Assembly: GCA_002699445.1 (NCBI GenBank)
Contig: PAAU01000041.1
Coordinates: forward strand, 9,570-73,569
Length of the DNA stretch: 64,000 bases
DNA from: Micrococcales bacterium
GTDB taxonomy: Bacteria > Actinomycetota > Actinomycetes > S36-B12 > GCA-2699445
Direction: 5' to 3'
Position 1 is the stretch's first letter, and each line of letters begins with the position of its first letter. The notes under the pieces were generated by a model. It worked only from the letters and a program-made list of their open reading frames with translations. It did no database searches and was not told the origin of the DNA. The position numbers and the translations under genes are program-made. This document shows positions 26,722-37,005 of the stretch, in pieces.

Positions 26722-28992
26722 TCAATCCATCCGAGATAGACGCAGTCGACTCTCGGTCACCGACACCGCCGCTGTACCAAGTTGGTCCGTGCGCAACCAT
26801 ATGGCACCCGAATCTTCGTATTCTTCTTTCGTATCTTTCGCCGGATGACCGTAACTATTTGGGCCGGTTGAAACGATAGCCATCTTCCCACCCACCCATT
26901 GGGCAAATCGGGGGTCTTGATTAGGCGAGCCATGGTGAGGTACGACAACGACATCATGTGATTGTTGTGGGTAGGTAGACCGAATCCTGGCCTGAGCCTC
27001 GGGCTCTATGTCTCCAGTAGTCAGGACCGAAAACCCATCTCGCCACTGCGCTCGCAAAACTATGCTGGAGTTGTTGTCCCTATCGCCACCGACAACACGG
27101 CTGGAGTGAGGCACCGGCCAGATCACTTGCGCCGCAGCGGAGCTCATCTCCCATTGATCCCCCGCCGTGAGGTAACCCACGGGAACCGAGTGTTGTCTTG
27201 CTATCGACTCAACTTGATGTCTCCCTCGATCAACGTCGACTGTCGGCGGTACCAAGATTTGTGACACTGAAACGTGCTGGACGACTTCAGCTAGCCCGCC
27301 GTAGTGATCTTCGTGGAAGTGAGTCACAACCACCTTGGTGAGGCGTTCTACTCCCGACTGATTCAGGCATCGCAGGATTCCCGAGTCTCGAGATCCAACG
27401 TCCACCAAGACGGCAGCCTGCGCACCATCTCGCAATAGCACCGCGGCACCTTGTCCAACGTCACAAACGATGACCCGCCAATCGGTCACACGATTTTGTG
27501 CAGCCGAGTACCAGCGCCAACCAAACCCCATCGCGATCACTAATGCTGTGACAACGACAAAGATGATGAATCGCGATTTCGTCAGTCTCGCGCTGATGAA
27601 ACTAAGCAGCCAAATAATCGACAGTCCGACCAGGATCGAAGCCGGCAGCACTTGGTTGGAGCTGTGCGCATCACCCCAGTGAGCAATCCCCACCAGTCCC
27701 TTAGCAAACCACACCGCCATAGCACCCAAGTAAGTTCCTACGGTCGGCTCAACAGCACCGATGACAGCTGTCAGGAGTCCCAGAACTGTGATGGGGGCGA
27801 CGAGCGGAGCGGCCAATAAATTCGCTGGTACCGAGACCCACGATACGGGAGCGCCGATCGCAAAAAGTAGCGGCGCTGTGGCTGCCTGGGCAGCAATAGT
27901 TACGGTACCCGCCAAGATCATCACCTCTGGGACTCGACGAAGCCCCATGAACCGACGTCCCACCACTGCCAGCGGACCAGCTGCCGCTATGAGAGCTGCG
28001 GTTGCCACCACGGACAGCGCAAATCCAAGTGATACCGCCAGCGCGGGTGCGGCCAGCACTAGGACTAGTACGCACGAACTCACCAACGGAAGCCCACGCG
28101 GTGCCCCGCCAAGCACAACACCGGCCAGCGCTACTCCACCCATCACAGCGGCTCGTAATACGCTCGGTTGAGGTCCAACGAGGATGACATACCCCAGCAG
28201 CACTACTGCGGCGAATCCCACTCGAGTAACCGGCCCGAACCGCGCGAAAAATGCCAGCAGCAACGACGCAGCTAATACGATCGCGACATTCCCACCGGAG
28301 ACGGCGGTTAAATGGGAGAGCCCCGTTCGCTGCATGACTTCCGCGAACTGCGGCGACTGCCGAGATTCATCGCCGATAGCCAATCCGGCCACCAGGCTGG
28401 CCGGTTCAGCGGAAGCGGATGCCGTCGAACGATCCAGGGCTTCACGCAGAGGCGCTACTGCGGCCAATACCGGCCCGGAAGCATCCACTAGTCGCATGGA
28501 ACCGAGAGCTGATAGTGCTGCTCGGTCCCTCCCCGGCGGCAGCTGCGTGATCCTGCCCAAGAATGTGACTCGGGCACCAACGGATATATTCGGGATATCA
28601 GAACCTACGGCAAATATGCGAACGGGCAGGGAAACAGCAACAGATCGCGAACCAAGTCGAAAACTAGTAGTTGTTGCAGTCAACATGACCCTCATCGGTT
28701 GTCCGACTCCCGCCTGAACCGGCTTGATGACACTAGTAGTACGAACTGTCCAATGAGCCCTCTCCCCCACTACGCTGCTGGGTGGTTGCGCCCCAGAGCG
28801 TGCTAGCGACGCGGTCACCGCACCAGCCACTAGCGCCAACAAGATCACGACCAGCAACAGGTACTTCCGCCACAAGATCACAGTCGGTATGGCCACGGTA
28901 ATCAGCACCACCAGAGCAGCTGCGAATGACCACCAAGCGAGGAAGGAGCCTGACCAAGCCGCAGCCGCTAAGGCGAACGATCTTCCCCCCAT
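26722..28992 (-). CDS. comEC: DNA internalisation competence protein ComEC/Rec2
   Basis: About 757 aa. A many-TM competence domain is followed by a C-terminal metallo-beta-lactamase domain (VVTHFHEDHYGG). The start abuts the comEA stop. Confidence 0.9.
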   Translation of the reverse strand: MGGRSFALAAAAWSGSFLAWWSFAAALVVLITVAIPTVILWRKYLLLVVILLALVAGAVTASLARSGAQPPSSVVGERAHWTVRTTSVIKPVQAGVGQPMRVMLTATTTSFRLGSRSVAVSLPVRIFAVGSDIPNISVGARVTFLGRITQLPPGRDRAALSALGSMRLVDASGPVLAAVAPLREALDRSTASASAEPASLVAGLAIGDESRQSPQFAEVMQRTGLSHLTAVSGGNVAIVLAASLLLAFFARFGPVTRVGFAAVVLLGYVILVGPQPSVLRAAVMGGVALAGVVLGGAPRGLPLVSSCVLVLVLAAPALAVSLGFALSVVATAALIAAAGPLAVVGRRFMGLRRVPEVMILAGTVTIAAQAATAPLLFAIGAPVSWVSVPANLLAAPLVAPITVLGLLTAVIGAVEPTVGTYLGAMAVWFAKGLVGIAHWGDAHSSNQVLPASILVGLSIIWLLSFISARLTKSRFIIFVVVTALVIAMGFGWRWYSAAQNRVTDWRVIVCDVGQGAAVLLRDGAQAAVLVDVGSRDSGILRCLNQSGVERLTKVVVTHFHEDHYGGLAEVVQHVSVSQILVPPTVDVDRGRHQVESIARQHSVPVGYLTAGDQWEMSSAAAQVIWPVPHSSRVVGGDRDNNSSIVLRAQWRDGFSVLTTGDIEPEAQARIRSTYPQQSHDVVVVPHHGSPNQDPRFAQWVGGKMAIVSTGPNSYGHPAKDTKEEYEDSGAIWLRTDQLGTAAVSVTESRLRLSRMD

Positions 28993-28994
28993 CA

Positions 28995-29660
28995 CTACAC
29001 AGTCACCGCATCACGAAATCCCGCGAGAGTCAGATCGCCGATTCCTGGTACCTGAATCAAGTCATCGACGGAACGGAATGGACCTTGCTCGTCACGCCAA
29101 CTCACAATGCGCTCGGCAATCACTTCGCCAATACCGTCTAGTTCCTGCAACTGGAGCGAATCTGCGCTGTTTATATTGACGACAGCTCCCTCGGCAGCAT
29201 CAACCGGATCGGCAGGGTTCGCCGTGGTTTCACCGATCTTTCCGACGCGTAGTTGCTCCCCATCGACTAAACGGCGCGCAAGATTCACCGAACCGTAGCT
29301 ATGTCCTTGACGCAATCCTCCAGCCTGTTCGATCGCGTCCAGAACCCGCGCTCCGGCGGCAAGACGTTGAATACCCCGCTGCCGAACAGCTCCTCTAACG
29401 TCGACAAGAATCTCGGTTTCTTCCTTCAGCGGATCCGGACTCGACATTGACACGATGTCACTGGCGGTAGGAGTTCTGGATGATGGCTCCGACTCTCGAT
29501 CACCAATGGCTGACGGCACAGTTTGGCGCGGCACCTCAACGGGATGTGTGCTGCGTCCAGTCCACCACCAGGCGACAGCCAAAAGTATTGCCAACGCGGC
29601 AACTGCCGCAATACCTCGGAGATTACTCGAGTCGATGGAACGCCTGGTGGGTTGTGACAT
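28995..29660 (-). CDS. comEA: ComEA-family DNA-binding competence protein
   Basis: N-terminal TM anchor, an SLBB-like middle region, and a C-terminal tandem helix-hairpin-helix (INSADSLQLQELDGIGEVIAERIVSWRDEQGPFRSVDDLIQVPGIG). Confidence 0.85.
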   Translation of the reverse strand: MSQPTRRSIDSSNLRGIAAVAALAILLAVAWWWTGRSTHPVEVPRQTVPSAIGDRESEPSSRTPTASDIVSMSSPDPLKEETEILVDVRGAVRQRGIQRLAAGARVLDAIEQAGGLRQGHSYGSVNLARRLVDGEQLRVGKIGETTANPADPVDAAEGAVVNINSADSLQLQELDGIGEVIAERIVSWRDEQGPFRSVDDLIQVPGIGDLTLAGFRDAVTV

Positions 29661-29727
29661 GCCACGAGCATGCGACTCCGCACCAACAACCCATCGGACA
29701 ACTCAGGATTGGGGACGAGCGGCTGGT

Positions 29728-30354
29728 TCAGTCAGCAGTGGACTCTGCTTCTGAGTTTCCACCACTTTTCTTCTCATCGATGTAGCGCTTGATGTTGGCG
29801 CTGTGTCGCACCAGCACCAAGAGCCCCAGAGCGATCCCGAAAAGCCGCGCGTCACCCATGAAGGCTGGGAAGAAGAGCCCGATTGACATCATGACGGCAG
29901 CGGCTACCACGACTCCCATGCCCACCCGGCGAAACACGAGGTAGCCGAGGATGAAGGCGGGGATCAGCCACAGCAACCAGCCCGGATTCGTACCTAGGAG
30001 CGCGCCCAGAGTAGTCGCGGCACCTTTACCACCGCGACCACGCAACCATGGGGAGGTGATATGCCCGACCACGGCTGCAAAGGCAGCCGTCTCGCCGGCG
30101 GCGTCCCCGAACCAGTAGGAGAACAACACTGCCGGTATAAGACCTTTCAGGACGTCCAGGAGACCGACGATGATCCCGATGGTGCTGCCTAGCGTCCGAG
30201 CGGCATTAGTGGCACCAGGATTTCCTGAGCCCGATGCTTGCAGGTCTATACCTTTGCGTTTGGCCGCAATCACCGACGGACTGACGGAGCCAATCAGGTA
30301 CCCGACGACACCGGCCAGCAGGAGCTCATTCCATGCAACTCCGTAGAGGCTCAT
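29728..30354 (-). CDS. plsY: acyl-phosphate:glycerol-3-phosphate acyltransferase PlsY
   Basis: The start is set at ATG 30354 (MSLYGVAWNELLLAGVVGYLIGSVSPS). The GSGNPGATNA motif is present. The ATG shares its A with the degV TGA, giving TGATG. The track ORF extension to 30531 lies inside degV. Confidence 0.9.
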   Translation of the reverse strand: MSLYGVAWNELLLAGVVGYLIGSVSPSVIAAKRKGIDLQASGSGNPGATNAARTLGSTIGIIVGLLDVLKGLIPAVLFSYWFGDAAGETAAFAAVVGHITSPWLRGRGGKGAATTLGALLGTNPGWLLWLIPAFILGYLVFRRVGMGVVVAAAVMMSIGLFFPAFMGDARLFGIALGLLVLVRHSANIKRYIDEKKSGGNSEAESTAD

Positions 30355-31202
30355 CAGCGATCTGCCGCCGGGGACACAATCGCGGCTAACGTCCCTGGCC
30401 CCACGTGAACACCGATAACGGATCCCAATTCCCCGATACTCACATCCGCCTGTGGAAGACCAGCACGTAACTTGGTCGCCAGTTCGATTGCTCGTGACTC
30501 TGCATCCAAATGCATTACTGAGACGCTGCATGGTTGGTCACCGGCATAACCGCCAGCCAACTCCGCCAGTCGGGCGAGTCCTTTGGACGCGGTTCGAACC
30601 TTTTCCAGCGGCTGCACTCGTCCACTAGCTAGCTGGAGAATCGGCTTCACTGCCAACGCGCTGCCGATCCAACGCTCGGCAGCACCAATTCGGCCACCGC
30701 GTCTCAGATACTCCAGTGAGTTCACATAAAAAAGCACCCTGCTGCGCGCAGCAGTCTGCGTTATAGCTGCGGTTACATCTTCGAGGGACTCATTATTTGC
30801 CGCGGCACGGGCTCCTGCCAAACATCCGTAACCCAAACCCATCGAAATGGATCGTGAGTCTACGGCCACCACTTTTGTCTTCACTCGATCAGCCGCCATC
30901 CGGGCGCTCTCGAAGGTACCCGAAAGATCCGCTGACAGATGAGCCGAAATCACTGCCTTACAGCCCTCGTCGGCCAACTCGCGATAGACCTCTTCAAATA
31001 CGGACGGTGGCGGGCGTGAGGTCGTTACCGCAAGTTTGCGACGCATAGCTTCCGCCACCTGAGGTGCGGTGATATTGACGCCTTCCTCGTAGGTGTCGTT
31101 AGAGATCGTGACTCCAACGGAAACCACCCGGATACCCCAATAGTCGAGAGCTGCCTGCGGGAGGTTGGCGGTCGAATCAGTAACAATGCCAATTTTCGCC
31201 AT
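30354..31202 (-). CDS. DegV-family fatty-acid-binding protein (FakB-like)
   Basis: 282 aa. MAKIGIVTDSTANLP is a typical DegV start, with EDD-fold-like sequence throughout. Confidence 0.85.
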   Translation of the reverse strand: MAKIGIVTDSTANLPQAALDYWGIRVVSVGVTISNDTYEEGVNITAPQVAEAMRRKLAVTTSRPPPSVFEEVYRELADEGCKAVISAHLSADLSGTFESARMAADRVKTKVVAVDSRSISMGLGYGCLAGARAAANNESLEDVTAAITQTAARSRVLFYVNSLEYLRRGGRIGAAERWIGSALAVKPILQLASGRVQPLEKVRTASKGLARLAELAGGYAGDQPCSVSVMHLDAESRAIELATKLRAGLPQADVSIGELGSVIGVHVGPGTLAAIVSPAADR

Positions 31203-31222
31203 GACCTGAGCCTACGCAGCGG

Positions 31223-31240
31223 CTGGCCTGATGTCCGGGC
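31223..31240. repeat. copy B of the exact 18-nt motif CTGGCCTGATGTCCGGGC
   Basis: Identical to 6145..6162. It lies 20 nt upstream of the degV ATG, between the leuS stop and the degV start. Confidence 0.7.
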
Positions 31241-31258
31241 AATAAGAGTTGAGATTAG

Positions 31259-33745
31259 CTACGGAACAATATTGACTAGCCGGGGCGCACGTACAATCAC
31301 ACGCTGCGGCTCTCCGTCCCCGATTGCGGATTGCGCGGCCGCAGTGTTTAGTGCCAATTCCCGTAACTCGTTCTCGGCAATATCTGGATCAACTTCGAGT
31401 CGATGGCGGACTTTGCCCTTGATTTGAACAACGCACGTCACCGCGTCCGCACGGACTAACTCCTCATCGACCGACGGCCAGCCGGCGCGAGCAACTGAAG
31501 GCTCGTGACCAAGCTCTGCCCACATATCTTCCGCGGTATACGGGGCGACCAGCGAAAGCAACAACGCAACTGCCTCAGCGCCTTCACGCACGGCCGGATC
31601 ACTCGGACCTGCACCACTATCAATGGCTTTCCGAAGTACATTTACCAGTTCCATCGTTCGCGCCACGGCAACATTGAACCGGAATGTTTCCACTGCCTGC
31701 TGAGCGTCAGCTATTGCTCGATGAGTAGCTTGTCGCACCGGTCTATCCCCGGTGCTTGCATCTGCGTCCGGGTCACTAGTCACATCACGAGCAACTCGCC
31801 AAGCCCGGGCCAGGAAACGTTTCGCTCCAGCCGGGGAGACATCCGCCCAGTCAATATCATCCTCAGGTGGCCCCGCGAAAACCATCGACAGACGGACCGC
31901 ATCTACACCGTGCTCAGCGAGTTCATCAGACAGCCGAACTACATTTCCTCGAGACTTAGACATAGCCGAACCATTCATAACGACCATTCCTTGGTTAAGG
32001 AGTCGGGTGAAGGGCTCGTTGAACTCGACCATGCCTAAGTCATAGAGCACTTTGGTAAAGAAGCGCGCGTACAGCAAATGCAAAATGGCATGAGTAACGC
32101 CACCAACATACTGATCAACCGGCATCCATTCTTTGGCCACAGCTGGATCAAATGGACCGTCATTGAGGTGCGGGTTGAGAAATCTGAGGAAATACCACGA
32201 GGAATCGACGAATGTGTCCATCGTGTCAGCATCACGTTGCCCCGGCCCTCCGCAGGTAGGGCACGTTACATTGCGCCATTCTGCTGCGGCTCCTAGCGGA
32301 GAGGTGCCTTTAGGAGATAAATCAAGATCAGCCGCCGGTGGCAACTCAACCGGTAAATCTTGTTCCGGAACTGGAACCTCACCGCAGTTGGAACAGTGGA
32401 TAATAGGAATGGGGGTACCCCAGTAACGTTGACGAGAGATTAGCCAGTCTCGCAAACGATAGTTAGTCGCTCCTTCGCCCTGGCCATTCTCCGCAAGAAT
32501 CTCGACTATCCGCTCGATCGCCGATTCCTTACTCAAACCGTCCAACGGCCCCGAGTTCATCAGAACGCCATCACCTGAGGTCGCTACTCCGGTGAGGGCC
32601 GGATCCTCATCTGCTGCAATCACTGCTCTGATCGGCAGATCAAATTCACGGGCAAAGTCCAGGTCACGCTGATCGTGGGCCGGAACGGCCATGATTGCGC
32701 CAGTGCCGTAGTCGGCCAACACGTAATCACTTGCCCAAATCGGCAGTCGCTCACCGTTCACTGGATTTATCACGTATCGGTGTAAGAAGACTCCAGTCTT
32801 CTTACGATCGGTACTGAGCCGATCCATCTCGCTGGTTTTTTGCACCTCGGCCAGGTAACTCACAAATTCGTCTTGGGCTGGACTGCCTTCTGCCAGCTCC
32901 GCCGCGAGATCACTATCGGCAGCGACGACGAAGAAAGTTGCGCCGAATAAGGTGTCTGGGCGAGTGGTGTACACAGTTACCGGTTCCACACCGCCATCGA
33001 TCTGAAACTCAACTTCTGCCCCAGTCGATCTGCCGATCCAGTTGCGCTGCATGAGCAATACCTTCTCGGGCCAGAGTTCTTCGAGTTGCTCCATATCGTC
33101 GAGGAGCCGCTCAGCGTAATCGGTAATGCGGAGGTACCACTGAGTGAGCTTTTTCTTCGTGACCGGTGAATCACAACGCTCACATAGACCGTTGACTACT
33201 TGTTCGTTAGCGAGAACGGTCTGGTCAGTCGGGCACCAGTTCACTTGGGATGCGCGACGGTAGGCCAATCCGCGCTTGAACATCTGCAGGAAGATCCATT
33301 GATTCCAGTGGTAGTACTCCGGGTCACAGGTATTCAGCACCCGGTCCCAATCAAATGAACAGGCATAACGACGCATCGAGGCCTTTTGCTGCTCGATATT
33401 CTCGTAAGTCCATACCGAAGGATCAATCCCACGCTTGATTGCTGCATTTTCCGCCGGCAGACCGAATGCATCCCACCCGATGGGGTGCATTACATTGAAG
33501 CCTCGCTGAACCCAGTAGCGGGCAACAACATCACCTAGGGCGTAGGCCTCCGCATGACCCATATGCAGGTCACCTGAGGGGTAAGGAAACATGTCCAGGA
33601 CATACATTTTTTCCCGGGCATCTTTCGGGTCACCGGAGCGGAAAGGCTGTAGCTCGTCCCAAACCGGAAGCCACCGCTCCTGCATTCGATGTGCGTCGTA
33701 GACGTCTTCGGTCGCTCCTCCAACGGAGTCGGCGCGGTCGGTCAT
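31259..33745 (-). CDS. leuS: leucine--tRNA ligase
   Basis: [15 protein letters not shown] carries the HIGH-type motif and [10 protein letters not shown] the KMSKS-type motif. A CP1 editing domain and a LeuS-type C-terminus are present. The start is ATG 33745, preceded by AAAGGAA. The track begins at a TTG at 33778. Confidence 0.95.
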   Translation of the reverse strand: MTDRADSVGGATEDVYDAHRMQERWLPVWDELQPFRSGDPKDAREKMYVLDMFPYPSGDLHMGHAEAYALGDVVARYWVQRGFNVMHPIGWDAFGLPAENAAIKRGIDPSVWTYENIEQQKASMRRYACSFDWDRVLNTCDPEYYHWNQWIFLQMFKRGLAYRRASQVNWCPTDQTVLANEQVVNGLCERCDSPVTKKKLTQWYLRITDYAERLLDDMEQLEELWPEKVLLMQRNWIGRSTGAEVEFQIDGGVEPVTVYTTRPDTLFGATFFVVAADSDLAAELAEGSPAQDEFVSYLAEVQKTSEMDRLSTDRKKTGVFLHRYVINPVNGERLPIWASDYVLADYGTGAIMAVPAHDQRDLDFAREFDLPIRAVIAADEDPALTGVATSGDGVLMNSGPLDGLSKESAIERIVEILAENGQGEGATNYRLRDWLISRQRYWGTPIPIIHCSNCGEVPVPEQDLPVELPPAADLDLSPKGTSPLGAAAEWRNVTCPTCGGPGQRDADTMDTFVDSSWYFLRFLNPHLNDGPFDPAVAKEWMPVDQYVGGVTHAILHLLYARFFTKVLYDLGMVEFNEPFTRLLNQGMVVMNGSAMSKSRGNVVRLSDELAEHGVDAVRLSMVFAGPPEDDIDWADVSPAGAKRFLARAWRVARDVTSDPDADASTGDRPVRQATHRAIADAQQAVETFRFNVAVARTMELVNVLRKAIDSGAGPSDPAVREGAEAVALLLSLVAPYTAEDMWAELGHEPSVARAGWPSVDEELVRADAVTCVVQIKGKVRHRLEVDPDIAENELRELALNTAAAQSAIGDGEPQRVIVRAPRLVNIVP

Positions 33746-33792
33746 AGTTTCCTTTAAGAATCTCGGGGTCCCACGCAATGGTAGCGAGTGGT

Positions 33793-34503
33793 CTAAGCCT
33801 CTTTGCGCCGCAGGAACCCCCTTACTGCTTCGCGCGCGTTGTCGTGGATATGTGGTCCATGAGTGAAGACTGCAACGCGATAGTCAAGCTCTCCCAAAAC
33901 GTGTGCAGATTGTTCGTTTAGTTGGGCCGAACTACAAAATGCGGCAACGGGCCAGCCCATTCGACCCGTCATGTTCCAGATCGCATCGCCGGTGAACAAA
34001 ACTCCCGTTGGTTCATGTCGCAGACTGATGTGACCAGGCGTGTGCCCGGGGGTGTGGTGCAGGCTCACGCCGCCCGCCAGGTCTATGACCTGACCGTCAT
34101 CGAACTGTTCAGATACTGGAACCGGATCGAATCCACCGACTCGGAGTCGACCAAAAATACGACCTAGGATCATCTCCCTGTTCATCGGCGGCGCTTCACC
34201 TGAGGCGACATAGTTAGCATCATCTTTGTGTACGCCAACCCCGGAGAGCCCACTGCGCCGGACCAAATCAGCAGCTGAACCAGCATGGTCGCTGTGGGCA
34301 TGTGTCAGGATCACTTTTTGCACATCAGCGGGGTGCTTGCCAATCGCAGCTAACCCAGCCACGATACGTCTCGAGGCACGCTTAGTGCCGGTATCGACCA
34401 GGATCACCGACCCGTCATCGTCAACCAGGACCAAGGTGTTAATGAAGTCTCCCAGGGTGGGGATGCGGTACACACCAGACGCCACCGGAATAATCGCTGC
34501 CAT
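33793..34503 (-). CDS. MBL-fold metallo-hydrolase
   Basis: [11 protein letters not shown] (the HxHxDH motif), HTPGHTPGH, and TGD. The start is ATG 34503 (MAAIIPV...). The track extension to 34578 would overlap the upstream gene. Confidence 0.8.
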   Translation of the reverse strand: MAAIIPVASGVYRIPTLGDFINTLVLVDDDGSVILVDTGTKRASRRIVAGLAAIGKHPADVQKVILTHAHSDHAGSAADLVRRSGLSGVGVHKDDANYVASGEAPPMNREMILGRIFGRLRVGGFDPVPVSEQFDDGQVIDLAGGVSLHHTPGHTPGHISLRHEPTGVLFTGDAIWNMTGRMGWPVAAFCSSAQLNEQSAHVLGELDYRVAVFTHGPHIHDNAREAVRGFLRRKEA

Positions 34504-34568
34504 AGGATCAGTCTCACCTACCGCGGGTCCAATATCCTGCCGGATCGGTGACTGGCCTCCGCCACGGG

Positions 34569-36008
34569 CTAGGACCACTCCGCAACAGACGGTCCATCAA
34601 ACCCGTAGGCCAGCATCCGCTGCAACATTTGTGCCAGTGCCTCAGTCCTGCTCGACTGCGCTTGCAATCGGTGCACAGTTTCCACCTGCCACCGGGCACC
34701 ATTGCTCTGTCGCTCTAAGCGAGCATGTACCGAGGCAAATGCCGATTCGATGTCTTCAGTCGCCACACCCGCGTCGTCCAATGCGTTTTCCGCAGCCGGG
34801 AGCAGATCAGCCAGAATATCGACGACCGATCGCCGGACTACTCCTCCTTTCGACACATCGGGCCACGCCAAATCGGTTGATAGCCCTTTCTGTGCCGCAG
34901 CCCAGAGATTAGATCGCACTTGCTCGAACGGCAACCGATCACTTACGTCAGCCTGAGCCAGAGCAAGCGTTGCTCCAATCATCAATGCGGTGTTCCCCAC
35001 CATGTCCTCAATTGTTGGCCCAGTAGGCAGGACGCGGAACTCGATGCGTACATGACCTGATCCGCTGGGGTCGTAGATTGGTCGATTCCAACGCCAGACA
35101 GTGCCGGCATGCAATCTCAGCTCATGCAAGGCCGGGGGGTCAGCAGCTGGATCGACGTCGAATAAGACTGGCAGGATGGGCGCGAAGTGTTCTACGTCCT
35201 CAATGAATGATTCGGCCGCTCCACGACGATTCCAGTCTTTGCCTAAGAAAACGCGACGTTCCGCGATCGGTGCCGCCCAACCACTGACTGCTTGAGCGAA
35301 GATCGGAATTCGGTTATCGGCCCACAACTTTCGTTCGAGGAAGAATGGCGAGTTGGCTGCCAATGCGAGAATCGGTGCTGCCACTAGATGGGCGGCGTTT
35401 AATGTGGCGGCGAAATTGTCCGGCGGGACACGCAAGTGAACCTGGAGAGCGTTATTTGCTCCTTCTGCCACTATCCCCGGGAATGTGGCGGCAATGGTCT
35501 CGGTCGGGCCATCGATACGGATTTCATCGTCAAATTTGTGTCGGGATAGAGCAGCCGCCATCACTCGGTATCTAGGCTCCGGCGTCATGATGTCAGGTCT
35601 CAGCAGCACTGATTCACTCAGCGTGGGTAAGGTCCCAGCCAGGACTATTTGTGCTCCATGCGCTCGGGCCGCTTCTTCCAGGCGGCCTAGTCCGGATCGC
35701 ATATCTTGAGCGATGCTTGCGAACGGCCGACCCATAAGCGGAACCGGAGCGGTGTCGTATTCCGCCGTAAATCGGTCTACTTCAGTAGCAGCGCCAGCTT
35801 CAGCCGCTATCTGGACATTGCGAGTTGCTGGCTGAGCCTCGTGATCCACGAGCGATACTTCAACTTCCGTACCCACGGTCAGTGGCCCGGTACCGAAGCC
35901 CGGTTTGGCGATAAGCGCCGCCAACTCCTCAGCCTGATTCCGGATGCGTTCACCGAAGAGCAGGTAGTCCTGCTCCTCGAAGGAATCCTGGTCAATTGCT
36001 TCGCCCAT
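34569..36008 (-). CDS. glutamate--cysteine ligase family 2 (GCS2 / carboxylate-amine ligase)-like protein
   Basis: 479 aa. AGGAG lies 5 nt upstream of ATG 36008. GCS2-like blocks are GTEVEVSLVD, ALQVHLRV, ANSPFF...R..IF, and WRWNRPIY...VRIEFRVLP. A C-terminal extension of about 100 aa is present. Confidence 0.65.
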   Translation of the reverse strand: MGEAIDQDSFEEQDYLLFGERIRNQAEELAALIAKPGFGTGPLTVGTEVEVSLVDHEAQPATRNVQIAAEAGAATEVDRFTAEYDTAPVPLMGRPFASIAQDMRSGLGRLEEAARAHGAQIVLAGTLPTLSESVLLRPDIMTPEPRYRVMAAALSRHKFDDEIRIDGPTETIAATFPGIVAEGANNALQVHLRVPPDNFAATLNAAHLVAAPILALAANSPFFLERKLWADNRIPIFAQAVSGWAAPIAERRVFLGKDWNRRGAAESFIEDVEHFAPILPVLFDVDPAADPPALHELRLHAGTVWRWNRPIYDPSGSGHVRIEFRVLPTGPTIEDMVGNTALMIGATLALAQADVSDRLPFEQVRSNLWAAAQKGLSTDLAWPDVSKGGVVRRSVVDILADLLPAAENALDDAGVATEDIESAFASVHARLERQSNGARWQVETVHRLQAQSSRTEALAQMLQRMLAYGFDGPSVAEWS

Positions 36009-36109
36009 ATCAGCTCCTGGTTAGACCGTACCGAAACCTACTAACCTTCGATCGGTCTAACTTGTTCATTCGCCAGGACTCCCAGACGTCGTCTCACTAC
36101 TTTGGCGTC

Positions 36110-36376
36110 ATGTATTTCTGGCTCATGATGCTGACCGCGGGGGTCTTGATCACCTCCGGCGCGATCATCGCATTCCGGGAACCGCCGATCCGCGGCGATA
36201 GTAGTAGGTCACTCGGCATCGGGACGGTCCTGGTCGGAGTTTGCGTGCTACTAGCCTTTGCGGTTGGCAGTCCAGTTGCGCTAGCACTTGCAATTATCTG
36301 CAGTGGTATCGCTCTGGTGGTGTTCGGTCGGTCTCTGCTGCACCGTCAGCAAGTCCAACCGCTACAGCACCGCTAG
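36110..36376 (+). CDS. possible small three-TM membrane protein
   Basis: 88 aa counted from ATG 36110 (MYFWLMMLTAGVLITSGAIIAF...). It has three hydrophobic segments. It is convergent with the YhhN gene, with overlapping stops. There is no recognisable family and no obvious SD. Confidence 0.4.
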   Translation: MYFWLMMLTAGVLITSGAIIAFREPPIRGDSSRSLGIGTVLVGVCVLLAFAVGSPVALALAIICSGIALVVFGRSLLHRQQVQPLQHR

Positions 36377-37005
36377 AGAACCAGCAGCGCGCCAACCAAG
36401 AGTGCTTGCGCGCCGTGATATGTCACGTGCACAAAGGTGCGCCCTCCTGGGGTAGCCCCTACGAACCTTCCCCAGGCCAACAACGCATCGGACAACGAGA
36501 ACAGCGCTACCCCCGCAACCGCCGGGATCACCGCCGTACCCATACCCAGCACTAGGACCGCGCCCAGCGCCAACAGGTACACGACTACTATGACGCCCAT
36601 TCTGGCTGACTGACGCCAGGCATCAATAGCGATTCGACGTCCCACCGTCGCCAAGATAACGACAAAGACGACTCCGCCCGCCACTAACCAGCTGGAAGCT
36701 AGCGGCACCGTTAGAAAGCCGACAATGTAGGCGATATGGCCCATTAAGAAGGCTGATGCACCCGGGATAAATCGGTCGAACATCAGTAGTACATCCCCGG
36801 CGAGCCCAAAAGTAAGTCCCATGACGAACCACCACCGCACCGCCTCATTCGCGGGCTCAATGGTTGCCGCCACAACGATAAGGGCTACCAGCACCAAGGG
36901 CTTCGCCACGTATTCAACGCGGCTTCGATCGCTAGCTACTGCCCACCAGTCGGTTGGTGCTGCAACGAGCGCCAGGCAGGTTGCTACCCAGGCGATCGAG
37001 GTCAT
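36373..37005 (-). CDS. YhhN-family (lysoplasmalogenase-like) membrane protein
   Basis: 210 aa with about 8 TM helices. YhhN signature blocks are GLTFGLAGDVLLM and ALFSLSDALLAW. ATGA overlap with the upstream SGNH gene. Confidence 0.7.
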   Translation of the reverse strand: MTSIAWVATCLALVAAPTDWWAVASDRSRVEYVAKPLVLVALIVVAATIEPANEAVRWWFVMGLTFGLAGDVLLMFDRFIPGASAFLMGHIAYIVGFLTVPLASSWLVAGGVVFVVILATVGRRIAIDAWRQSARMGVIVVVYLLALGAVLVLGMGTAVIPAVAGVALFSLSDALLAWGRFVGATPGGRTFVHVTYHGAQALLVGALLVL

